From the NCBI GenBank assembly GCA_035702985.1, contig DASSZD010000023.1, positions 36,130 through 60,129 on the forward strand: a stretch of DNA of 24,000 bases. Direction: 5' to 3'. The translations under genes were made by a program, and so were the position numbers. Shown here piece after piece: positions 1-7,541 of this stretch. Source of the DNA: Acidimicrobiales bacterium. GTDB taxonomy: Bacteria > Actinomycetota > Acidimicrobiia > Acidimicrobiales > Palsa-688. Under the pieces are notes generated by a model. That model saw only the letters and a list, made by a program, of their open reading frames with translations. It ran no database searches and had not been told where the DNA came from. Every line of letters starts with the position of its first letter. The first letter of the stretch is position 1.

Positions 1-580
1 CGAAGTCCCAGAAGTTGTCGTGGGCGGTCTGCGCCTGGGGGAACCCCCGGTCGGGTTCCGGCTTGGCGGCGTGGACCAGGTCGGGGAACTTGATGGCGTC
101 CTGGATGAAGAAGACGGGCATGTTGTTGCCCACCAGGTCCCAGTTGCCCTCCCGGGTGTAGAGCTTCACGGCGAAGCCCCGCACGTCCCGGGCCAGGTCC
201 GTGGAGCCCTTGTTGCCGGCGACGGTGGAGAACCTGACGAAGGCGGGCGTCCGCCGCCCGGCCTCCTGGAACGGATCGGCCCGGGTCAGGTCGGTCAGCG
301 GTTCGTAGTTCTCGAAGAACCCGTGGGCGCCGTAGCCGCGGGCGTGGACCACCCTCTCGGGGATCCGCTCGTGGTCGAAGTGGAACAGCTTCTCCCGGAA
401 GTGGAAGTCCTCCAGGAGCGCCGCCCCCCGATCGTCGGCTCGCAGGGTGTTCTGGCCGTCGGCGACCGGGACACCCTGCTGGGTGGTCAGCCGGGGCCGG
501 CCGCCGCCGGCGACCTGGTGGGGCTCTCCTCCCTTCCCGCTGTCGGTCCCGACCACCTGTCCGTCGTTCCGCTGGACCAC
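1..580 (-). CDS. Catalase (monofunctional haem catalase), N-terminal ~193 codons; the gene continues beyond the window start
   Basis: Absent from the supplied ORF track because it is open at the window edge. My reverse-strand translation reads ...[164 protein letters not shown]. This carries the hallmark catalase blocks ([12 protein letters not shown], [20 protein letters not shown], PVFFIxDAIKFPD). A GTG at 580-578 has AGGAGG 6 nt upstream. There is an alternative in-frame GTG at 607-605. Confidence 0.9.
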   Translation of the reverse strand, partial: MVQRNDGQVVGTDSGKGGEPHQVAGGGRPRLTTQQGVPVADGQNTLRADDRGAALLEDFHFREKLFHFDHERIPERVVHARGYGAHGFFENYEPLTDLTRADPFQEAGRRTPAFVRFSTVAGNKGSTDLARDVRGFAVKLYTREGNWDLVGNNMPVFFIQDAIKFPDLVHAAKPEPDRGFPQAQTAHDNFWDF

Positions 581-728
581 GACGGTCCTCCTCTCCGCCT
601 CGTGCACAGGTCCGTCACCTACCCACCGGCTGCTGCCGTATCCTCCGGTTGGTGCCGCCCTCCGGGGTCGGAGATCGGCCACCCTCCGCATAACCTGGGG
701 CGCGACCGTCTAGGGGAAGGCCCGCCAG

Positions 729-2555
729 TTGGCGCCCGGCTACGACATCGACAGCAACCATCCCACCGGCGCCGAGGCGCCCTGGCGGCTGGTGATCACC
801 GGTGTGGCCGGGGCCGGCAAGACCACCATCGCCACCGCCATGGCCGCCCGGCTGGGCCTGCGCTTCGTCGAAGGCGACGGCCTCCACCCGGAGGCCAACG
901 TGGCCAAGATGGCGGGCGGTCATCCTCTCGTCGACGCCGACCGCTGGCCCTGGTTGGCCCGCATACGGGAGGAGCTGCGCCGGGGGGACGTGGTGGTGAC
1001 CTGCTCGGCGTTGACCCGCCGGTACCGGGACATGCTCCGCTCGGCCGGCGGGGTACGGTTCGTGCATCTCACCCTGGACCCGGCCACCGCCCGGGCCCGG
1101 ATGTCGGCCCGGGCCGGCCATTTCATGGGGCCGGCCATGGCGGCCAGCCAGTTCGCCGCCCTCGAACGGCCCGGGCCGGACGAGACCGACGTGGCCGTGA
1201 TCGATTCCACCGCCCCCATCCAGGCGGTGGTCGACGCCGCCGTCTCCGCCCTGGGCGGCCTGCGCCCGGGCCCGTCGCCGGTCCTGGCCGACGGGGCCGC
1301 CGACCGGGCCATCACCGGGGACGAACTGGCCGGCCACGTCCGGACCCTCACCGGTCTGGTACTCGAACGGGGAGCCCGCAGGGTGCTGCTGGTACCGCCC
1401 GACCACACCCGGCTGCACTCCCGGGCCGGCGCCATCACCGCCGGCCTCCTGGCCGGGCTGGAGCGGGCGGGCTGCCGGGTGGCCGTGCTCCCGGCCACCG
1501 GCACGCACGTCCCCATGACCGGTGCCGACGCCCGGCTGATGTTCGGCGAGGCCGTTCCCGGCGACCGGCTGCTCGTGCACCGCTGGCGCCAGGGGGTGAA
1601 GGAGGTGGGCCGGATCTCCGCCGAGGAGGTGGACGCGGTGTCGGGCGGCCGCTACCGGGAGGAGATCCCCGTCCACGTCGACGAGCAGCTGTTGGGGGGC
1701 TGGGACCTGGTGGTGTCGATCGGTCAGGTGCTCCCCCACGAGGTGATCGGCATGGCCAACTTCACCAAGAACCTGGTCATCGGGCTGGGCGGCGCCCCGA
1801 CCATCCACCGGTCGCACTTCCTGGGGGCGGTCTGCGACATGGAGTCCATCATGGGGCGGCCGTCCAGCCCGGTGCGGGACGTGGTCGACGCCGCCTACGA
1901 CCGGTTCGTGGACCCGGCCGTGCCGGTCATGTGGGTGCTGACGGTGATCGAGGCGGAGCCGGAGCAGCTGGTGACCAGGGGCCTGTTCGCCGGGTTCGGC
2001 GGTTCGGCCGCCTCGGGCGGGGCCGCCTACCGGGCCGCCGCCGACCTGTCGGGCGCGGTCAACGTCCACCGGGTCCCGGCCCCGCTGACCCGGGTGACCT
2101 GCTGGCTGGACCCCGACGAGTTCCGCTCCACGTGGGTGGCCAACAAGGCGGTGTACCGCACCCGCATGGCCATCGCCGACGGCGGGGAGCTGGTGGTGGT
2201 GGCCCCCGGGGTGCGCCGGTTCGGGGAGGACGAACAGGTCGACCGGCTGATCCGCCGGCACGGCTACCGGGGCACCCCGGCCACCCTGGAAGCGGTGGCC
2301 ACCGATCCCGAACTGGCCGACAACCTGGGAGCGGCCGCCCACCTCATCCACGGGTCCAGCGAGGGGCGGTTCCGGATCGTCTACTGCACCGATCCCGACG
2401 CCGGCGGGCTCACCCGCCGGGAGGTGGAGGCGGCCGGCTACGAATGGCGGCCGCTGCCGGGCGACGCTGACCGGATGGAGCGGGACGGTGATACCACCTT
2501 CATCAGGAACCCGGCTCTCGGGCTGTGGTCAGCGGCGGTAGTCCACGGCGGGTAG
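729..2555 (+). CDS. Fusion protein: N-terminal gluconokinase (GntK-type P-loop kinase, ~aa 19-175) plus a C-terminal LarA-like / DUF2088 domain (nickel-pincer-cofactor racemase/epimerase family, ~aa 180-608)
   Basis: The 608-aa ORF has a TTG start with GGGGAAGG 8 nt upstream. The N-terminus carries the gluconokinase pattern: [59 protein letters not shown]. The C-terminal part aligns by eye to lactate racemase LarA blocks: [27 protein letters not shown] (His and Lys 10 residues apart, as in LarA H174/K184) and PTIHRSH (His 16 residues after the Lys, as in LarA H200). Confidence 0.8.
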   Translation: MAPGYDIDSNHPTGAEAPWRLVITGVAGAGKTTIATAMAARLGLRFVEGDGLHPEANVAKMAGGHPLVDADRWPWLARIREELRRGDVVVTCSALTRRYRDMLRSAGGVRFVHLTLDPATARARMSARAGHFMGPAMAASQFAALERPGPDETDVAVIDSTAPIQAVVDAAVSALGGLRPGPSPVLADGAADRAITGDELAGHVRTLTGLVLERGARRVLLVPPDHTRLHSRAGAITAGLLAGLERAGCRVAVLPATGTHVPMTGADARLMFGEAVPGDRLLVHRWRQGVKEVGRISAEEVDAVSGGRYREEIPVHVDEQLLGGWDLVVSIGQVLPHEVIGMANFTKNLVIGLGGAPTIHRSHFLGAVCDMESIMGRPSSPVRDVVDAAYDRFVDPAVPVMWVLTVIEAEPEQLVTRGLFAGFGGSAASGGAAYRAAADLSGAVNVHRVPAPLTRVTCWLDPDEFRSTWVANKAVYRTRMAIADGGELVVVAPGVRRFGEDEQVDRLIRRHGYRGTPATLEAVATDPELADNLGAAAHLIHGSSEGRFRIVYCTDPDAGGLTRREVEAAGYEWRPLPGDADRMERDGDTTFIRNPALGLWSAAVVHGG

Positions 2556-3140
2556 GTCGTCCACCTGCTGCCGGGTGAGCGACAGCCGGATCCCGTCCTC
2601 GCCCACCGACCCCACCGCTCCGATCGGGATGGCCACGTCCTTGTGACCGAAGAGGTGGCCCTCTTCCAGCACCACGTGGGTGACCTGGTGGTCGCGGCTG
2701 TCCACCACCAGCCCCGCGACCACCCCGATGCGCCCGTCGGTGGCGTGGACCTGCTCGCCCCTCCTGACCGCCACCTCGCCGGCGGGAACGGTGTCGACCA
2801 CGACCGGCACGGTGGTGTTCCCCCCGAAGTACGGCCACAGAAGGGTCTGCTCCGGGCCGTACCCGGGGTGGCCCTCCACCCCGGGGAGGAAGTGGACCTC
2901 CTCGGCGACCTCGAGCCGGTCGAGGCGGTCCCGGCTGCAGCTCAGCCGGATCCGGCCGCCGTCCGGCTGGGCCCACTCCACCGGCACCAGGCGCCCCATG
3001 CCCCCACGGTGCTCAGGCTCCACGACGAGGTGGGTGACCCGGCCGCGGACCGGGTCGATCACCACCTGCGTGACCCGCCCACAGACCCCGTCGGTGCACA
3101 GGGCCTCGGCTCCGATGGTGAACGGCGCTTCTGCGGCCAT
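2529..3140 (-). CDS. PRC-barrel domain protein (two tandem PRC-barrel-like repeats)
   Basis: 203-aa ORF with an ATG start and GGGGAGGTGGGG just upstream. Two repeats match the PRC-barrel style: G..V...DG..G.V..vviD....vthlvv (GAEALCTDGVCGRVTQVVIDPVRGRVTHLVVE and GEQVHATDGRIGVVAGLVVDSRDHQVTHVVLEEG...KDVAIPIGAV). The 3' end overlaps the convergent 729-2555 gene by 27 nt. Confidence 0.75.
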   Translation of the reverse strand: MAAEAPFTIGAEALCTDGVCGRVTQVVIDPVRGRVTHLVVEPEHRGGMGRLVPVEWAQPDGGRIRLSCSRDRLDRLEVAEEVHFLPGVEGHPGYGPEQTLLWPYFGGNTTVPVVVDTVPAGEVAVRRGEQVHATDGRIGVVAGLVVDSRDHQVTHVVLEEGHLFGHKDVAIPIGAVGSVGEDGIRLSLTRQQVDDLPAVDYRR

Positions 3141-3192
3141 GCCCCACCTCCCCTGGTGGGCCGGAATTGTAGTGGCGCCGGCGGCGCCGCTC

Positions 3193-3741
3193 CTACGAGA
3201 CCGACTTCACCGCCCCCCGCACCGCGTCGCGGACCCGGTCGATCACGGCGGCGAACGGCCCGACCAGCATGTTGGCGCCGGGCGTGTTGGGGGTCGACGG
3301 ATGCGGCCGGGTGGGGGCCACGGCCTTGGCCGCCTGGTAGGCCTTGGCCATCTGCTCCAGCCGCTCGGGCGACTCCTTGGCGGCTACGAGCGGGAACTCC
3401 TCGGTCTCCTCCGCGGTGGCGTGCTGTTCCACCTCCTGGTGCAGCTTGGCCAGCTTGGCGGAGAACTCCGCCGAGTCGGGGTCCAGCTTCTCCATGTCCT
3501 TCAGGAGCCCCTCGGCCCGGCTCTCCTCCTCGATGCGGGCATCGGCGACGGCCTGTCCGGCGTCACGCTTGCTGACCGGTCGGAGAATCTCCTCCTCCGC
3601 CACCTCGTGGCGGATCAGCTCCCCGACCAGCTGCTGGAACAGGTCCCGCCGGTCCTCGCCGGTCGACCCGACCAGTCGACTCAGCATCTGTCGGACCTGG
3701 TCGTGGTCGTGGCGCAGCTCTTCGATGATGCCCTGGGCCAT
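3193..3741 (-). CDS. Hemerythrin-like (HHE cation-binding) domain protein, actinobacterial type with a C-terminal P-T-R-P-H-P segment
   Basis: 182-aa ORF with a strong GGAGGAGGAG SD before the ATG. The N-terminus IIEELRHDHDQVRQMLSRL, then HEVAEEEIL and HATAEETEEFP, give the spaced His/Glu pattern typical of hemerythrin four-helix bundles. It is a paralogue of 23002-23541. Confidence 0.8.
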   Translation of the reverse strand: MAQGIIEELRHDHDQVRQMLSRLVGSTGEDRRDLFQQLVGELIRHEVAEEEILRPVSKRDAGQAVADARIEEESRAEGLLKDMEKLDPDSAEFSAKLAKLHQEVEQHATAEETEEFPLVAAKESPERLEQMAKAYQAAKAVAPTRPHPSTPNTPGANMLVGPFAAVIDRVRDAVRGAVKSVS

Positions 3742-3820
3742 CGTCTCCTCCTCCGTTGCGGTGGTGGGTGCCCTACCCCCTGAACGGGGCTGAACACCCT
3801 CGCCCGGAGGATCCGTCCGG

Positions 3821-3846
3821 GCCGGGGCCGATCTCCCGGCCCCGGC
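3821..3846 (-). terminator. GC hairpin immediately after the fdhA stop codon (9-bp stem GCCGGGGCC/GGCCCCGGC, 8-nt loop); no U-tract
   Basis: Perfect inverted repeat read directly from the sequence, abutting the stop at 3847-3849. With no following T-run, terminator function is uncertain. Confidence 0.3.
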
Positions 3847-6800
3847 TCAGCCGCCCCCGCCGATGCCGGTGCCGGTGCTGTCGGTGATCCCGGCCCGGCG
3901 GATGTAGTCCTCCACCAGGGCGGTCACCGCCGGTCCCCGGGGCCGTCGCCCCGGCTGGATGTCGGCCGTCAGCGACTTGTCGTCCTGGATGTGGGAGTTG
4001 GGGTCCAAGACGATGCTGACCAGCTCGTTGGCCGCGTCCCCCCGGGACAGCCCGTTCGGCCCCCAGTGCCAGGGCAGCCCGATCTGGTGGACGGTGCGGT
4101 CCTGGAACTTGAGCGGCATCATCCGGTCGGTCACCAGCACCCGGGCCTCGATGGCGCCGCGGGCGGTGACGATGGTGGCCCACCCGCTGTTCTCCAGGCC
4201 CCGCTCGGCGGCCAGCTCCGGCGACACCTCGCAGAACATCTCCGGCTGCAGTTCCGACAGGTACGGCAGCCACCGGGACATCCCGCCGGCGGTGTGGTGC
4301 TCGGTCAGCCGGTAGGTCGTGACCACGTAGGGGAACACCTCGGACCCGGGGGTGCCGGGGTCGGGGTGGTAGCGGTTGTGGCGGTGGGGATACACCTGGC
4401 GGACCGGGTTGCGCTGCTGGCTGTACAACAGGTTGGGGAAGGGCGAGTCCTGCGGCTCGTAATGGGTGGGCAGCGGGCCGTCGGTCAGGCCGGCCGGCAC
4501 GTACAGCCAGCCCTTGCCGTCCCCCTGCATGACAAATGGGTCGTCGCCGGCGATGGCGTCGGGACCGCGCGCCCCTTCCGGGGGCCGGTACCCGGGGGCC
4601 TTGGTGGCCTCGAAGTCCGGCACGTCGTGGCCCACCCATTTTTCCTGATCCTCGTCCCACCACACGAGCGCCTTGCGGTCGCTCCACGGCTTACCGTCGG
4701 GATCGGCGGACGCCCGGTTGTACAGGACCCGTCGGTTGGCCGGCCACGCCCAGCCCCATTCGGGGGCCACCCAGCTCTGCTGCAGGCCGGGCTTGCGCCG
4801 GGCCGCCTGGTTGACCCCGTCGGCGTAGCAACCGCAGTAGATCCAGCACCCGCAGGCGGTGGAACCGTCGGCCTTGAGCTCGGTGTAGGACCCCAGCATG
4901 TTGCCTTCGTGGTCCCAGCCGTTCACCTCGGCCAGCACGGCCTCGGCGCTGGGCTCGGCCAGCGGCCCCTCGGTCGGGTAGTCCCACGTGAGATCCAGGA
5001 CGGGTCGGTCCATCTCGTCGGTCGAGCCGGCCAGCTTGTCCCGGATGATCCGGCCCAGGTGGTAGTAGAACCACAGCTCGCTGCGGGCCGCCCCGGCCGG
5101 TTCCACCGCGGCGTGGTGCCACTGCAGCATGCGCTGGGTGTTGGTGAAGCTGCCGTTCTTCTCGGTGTGGGCGGCGGCCGGGAAGAAGAACACCTCGGTC
5201 TTGATGTCCTCGGTGCGCAGCTCCCCGGTTTCGATCTCCGGGCCGTCCTTCCAGAACGTGGCCGACTCGATCAGGGAGAAGTCCCGGACCACCAGCCACT
5301 CCAGGTTGGCCATGCCCAGCCTCTGCATCTTGGCGTTGGCCGAACCCACGGCCGGGTTCTCGCCGACCACGAAGTACCCCTTGCAGTCCCCCCGCATCTG
5401 GGCCAGCACCGTCGGATAGGTGCTGTGGTCGGCGGTCAGCCGGGGCAGGTAGTCGAAGCAGAAGTCGTTGTCCGCGGTGGCGGCCTTCCCCCAGTACGAC
5501 TTGAGCAGGCTCACCAGGTAGGCCCGCATGTTGCCCCAGTAGCCCTTCTCGGCCTCGGTGCCGGCCACGAACTGGTCGAGATCCTCGTCCCGGTGGGCGT
5601 GCGGCATCGGGATGTACCCGGGCAGCAGGTTGTACAGGGTGGGGATGTCGGTGGACCCCTGGATGCTGGCGTGACCGCGCAGGGCCATGATCCCGCCGCC
5701 CGGCCGCCCCATGTTCCCCAGCAGCAGCTGGAGGATGGCGGCGGTGCGGATGTACTGCACTCCGACGCTGTGCTGGGTCCATCCCACGGCGTACACGAAG
5801 GCGCTGGTGCGGTCCCGGCCGGAGTTGTCGCACAGGGCCTCGCACACCTCCAGGAACTCGTCCCGGGGCACCCCGCAGATCTGCTCGACCATCTCGGGGG
5901 TGTAGCGCGAGAAGTGGCGCTTGACGATCTGGAACACGCAGCGGGGATGCTGCATGGTCTCGTCGCGCTCCACCCGGGGGCTGACGTTCGGGCCTCCGGA
6001 GCCGAAGGAGTGGCCCCGGCCGCTGCGGCTCACCGCCCGGCGGGACTCGTCGGGCTCGCCGCCCTCCCCGTCCTCTCCACCCTCCTGCTCGTCGGCGCCG
6101 GTGCGCTCCTCGTAGAGCTGTTCGCGCTGGCCGGACGCCGAGGTGACGTGGCGGCCGTCGTACTGCCAGGTCTCCGAGTCGTAGGTCCGCTGCTCCGGTT
6201 CGAGGCCGGAGAACACCCCGTCGAGGTCCTCGGTGTCGCGGAAGTCCTCGTTGACGATGGTCGGGCCGTTCGTGTAGGCGACGACGTAGTCACGGAAGTA
6301 CCGGTCGTGACCGATGACGTAGTTGATGATCCCGCCCAGGAAGGCGATGTCCGAGCCGGCCCGGATGGGTACGTGCTGGTCGGCGACGGCGCTGGTGCGG
6401 GTGTAGCGCGGGTCGACGTGGATCAGTTTGGCCCCGCGGGCCTTGGCTTCCATCACCCACTGGAAGCCCACCGGGTGAGCCTCGGCCATGTTGGAGCCTT
6501 GGATCACTATGCAGTCCGCATTCTGCAGATCCTGCTGGAAGGTGGTGGCGCCTCCCCTACCGAACGATGTCCCCAAACTGGGGACGGTGGAGGAGTGTCA
6601 TATACGGGCCTGGTTCTCGATCTGCACCGCCCCGAGGGCGGTGTAGAGCTTCTTCATCAGGTAGTTCTCTTCGTTGTCCAGGGTGGCGCCGCCCAGGCTG
6701 GCGATACCCATGGTCCGCCTGACCCGCTTGCCGTCCTCCTCCCACTGCCAGGTCCGCCGGCGGGTCTCGATCACCCGGTCGGCCACCATCTCCATGGCGG

Positions 6801-7152
6801 TGTCGAGGTCCAGCGTCTGCCAGTCGGTGCCGTGCGGGGGCCGGTACAGCACGTCGTAGCGGCGGGCCGATCCGGTGGTCAGCTGCAGGCTGGCCGATCC
6901 CTTGGGGCACAGCCGGCCCCGGCTGACCGGGGAGTCCGGGTCGCCCTCGATCTGGATGACCTTCTTGTCCTTGACGTAGACGTTCTGGCCGCAGCCCACC
7001 GCACAGAACGGGCACACCGACTTGACCACCTTGTCGGCCCCGGCCACCCGGGCCGTCCGGTCCCTCGTCGAGGGAGACTCCACGGCCGCGCCCCGGCCGC
7101 TGCGGTCCGCTCCGCTGACCTGGCGTAGGACGGGCCAATCACTGAATTTCAC
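3847..7152 (-). CDS. fdhA: Formate dehydrogenase catalytic (alpha) subunit, FdnG/FdoG-type molybdo/tungstopterin enzyme. Selenoprotein: the in-frame TGA at 6598-6600 is read as selenocysteine (1101 codons in total)
   Basis: Track ORFs 6598..7152 (184 aa) and 3847..6576 (909 aa) share one frame, separated only by the TGA. Across the junction the protein reads ...LGAVQIENQARI-U-HSSTVPSLGTSFGRGGATTFQQDLQNADCIVIQGSNMAEAHPVGFQWVMEAK. This is collinear with the Sec region of E. coli FdnG (NQARV-U-HGPTVASLAPTFGRGAMTN...AEAHPVGFRW). The N-terminus has a CPFCAVGCGQ...CPKG 4Fe-4S motif. The start is GTG at 7152 with GGGAGGAG 7 nt upstream. A SECIS-like hairpin lies downstream of the TGA, and the Sec-decoding genes are adjacent. 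Confidence 0.93.
6551..6597 (-). promoter_or_regulatory. SECIS-like recoding element directly 3' of the fdhA UGA codon (core hairpin 6569-6585)
   Basis: The mRNA reads UGA-CACUCCUCCACC-GUCCCCAGUUUGGGGAC-AUCGUUCGGUAGGGGAGG. A 17-nt hairpin (stem GUCCCCA/UGGGGAC, or 6 bp with loop AGUUU) starts 12 nt after the UGA and has GU in the apical loop. That geometry is close to the E. coli fdhF minimal SECIS. A possible lower stem pairs CCUCC (6593-6589) with GGAGG (6555-6551). Confidence 0.65.
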
Positions 7153-7193
7153 AGCGGTCTCCTCCCGGGTGCGCGCCCGAACGGTCGTGGCCC

Positions 7194-7199
7194 AGTGTA
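7194..7199 (-). promoter_or_regulatory. Candidate -10 hexamer (TACACT, TANNNT class) for fdhA, giving a ~35-nt leader that contains the SD
   Basis: This is the only AT-containing patch (GTACATACACTG on the minus strand) in the otherwise extremely GC-rich fdhA upstream region. Pattern match only. Confidence 0.2.
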
Positions 7200-7317
7200 T
7201 GTACCCCCGGGCGGTCCGCCGAATCCGGCCCGGGGACGCCCGCGGGGGCGGTCCCCGCCGGGCCCCGCCGGGCGGGTGGCGCCGGGCGCCGGGATGGCCC
7301 CCGCCGGGCGCCGGGCG

Positions 7318-7354
7318 CCGGAGTGGTCGCCGGGCCCCGGAGTGGTCGCCGGGC
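7318..7354. repeat. Perfect 18-bp direct tandem repeat CCGGAGTGGTCGCCGGGC (7318-7335 and 7337-7354, period 19), inside a wider degenerate GCCGGGCGCCGG-rich spacer (~7230-7370)
   Basis: Read directly from the sequence. It lies between the 3' end of tRNA-Sec and the fdhA promoter region. Confidence 0.85.
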
Positions 7355-7370
7355 GCCGGGGCGGGGCGGG

Positions 7371-7468
7371 TGGACGGAGGTGGACGGGAATCGAACCCGC
7401 CGCTGCGGGGTCGCCGCAGCCAGCCGCTTTGAAGGCGGTGGAGCCCACCAGGTGCCCGGACACCTCCG
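7371..7468 (-). tRNA. selC: tRNA-Sec (anticodon UCA); ends uncertain by a few nt
   Basis: The reverse strand reads GGAGGUGUCCGGGCACCUGGUGGGCUCCACCGCCUUCAAAGCGGCUGGCUGCGGCGACCCCGCAGCGGCGGGUUCGAUUCCCGUCCACCUCCG(UCCA). Features: anticodon loop CUUCAAA (UCA reads UGA), a long variable arm (CUGCGG-CGACC-CCGCAG), T-loop GGGUUCGAUUCCC, acceptor GGAGGUG/CACCUCC, and a D-arm with a 4-nt loop. The ~93-98 nt length is typical of tRNA-Sec. Confidence 0.9.
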
Positions 7469-7473
7469 CCCAG

Positions 7474-7479
7474 ATGGTA
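7474..7479 (-). promoter_or_regulatory. Candidate -10 hexamer TACCAT (TANNNT), 6-7 nt upstream of the tRNA-Sec 5' end
   Basis: The minus strand reads GGGCTACCATCTGGGCGGAGGTG. The hexamer's position relative to the mature 5' end fits a transcription start at or near G7467. Confidence 0.3.
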
Positions 7480-7528
7480 GCCCGCCCCACCCGGACCGGG
7501 CGGCTGCGCCCGTAGCCGGGCAACTGGG

Positions 7529-7534
7529 TACCTT
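7529..7534 (+). promoter_or_regulatory. Candidate -10 hexamer TACCTT, 7 nt upstream of the selA GTG (leaderless-type start)
   Basis: GGGTACCTTTGAGCCGGTG. There is no SD between the hexamer and the start codon. Confidence 0.3.
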
Positions 7535-7541
7535 TGAGCCG

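Noticed and set aside
20-2470. 816-aa plus-strand ORF (and the 578-aa minus-strand ORF 615-2351) spanning the catalase 5' end and the gntK-larA gene
   Set aside because: Its composition is almost pure Gly/Arg/Pro/Ala/His, typical of off-frame reading of high-GC3 DNA. It overlaps two ORFs that carry unmistakable family motifs (catalase, gluconokinase/LarA) in other frames.
2529-2555. 27-nt convergent overlap between the LarA-like gene and the PRC-barrel gene, considered as a possible frameshift or mis-assembly
   Set aside because: Both ORFs end with plausible C-termini and nothing suggests a disrupted frame. Short convergent overlaps occur in compact genomes.
6577-6600. Interpreting the fdhA TGA as a genuine stop (two genes, or a pseudogene)
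   Set aside because: The same frame continues, the active-site consensus is continuous across the TGA, a SECIS-like hairpin sits at the canonical distance, and the full Sec machinery is adjacent.
3991-7128. 1045-aa plus-strand ORF antisense to fdhA
   Set aside because: When sense codons end in G or C, the antisense frame almost never generates a stop codon, since stops need T at the first position. Long antisense ORFs are therefore expected. The product is low-complexity (G/P/V/H/R/D-rich) with no motifs, whereas the minus strand encodes a textbook FDH.
7030-7152. Looked for a Tat (twin-arginine) signal peptide at the FdhA N-terminus
   Set aside because: There is no RRxF(L/K) motif and no hydrophobic core before the first Fe-S cysteine. 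I therefore do not call a signal peptide. This absence is reported as part of a finding instead.
7318-7354. 18-bp tandem repeat as a possible CRISPR array or mobile-element end
   Set aside because: There are only two adjacent copies with a 1-nt spacer, no unique spacers, no cas genes and no transposase. It is better described as a simple tandem duplication in a repetitive GC-rich spacer.
7323-7541. N-terminal 73-codon extension of selA given by the ORF track
   Set aside because: It would run straight through the tRNA-Sec gene on the opposite strand. It encodes Gly/Arg/Pro-rich sequence with no similarity to SelA, and similarity begins at about 7550.
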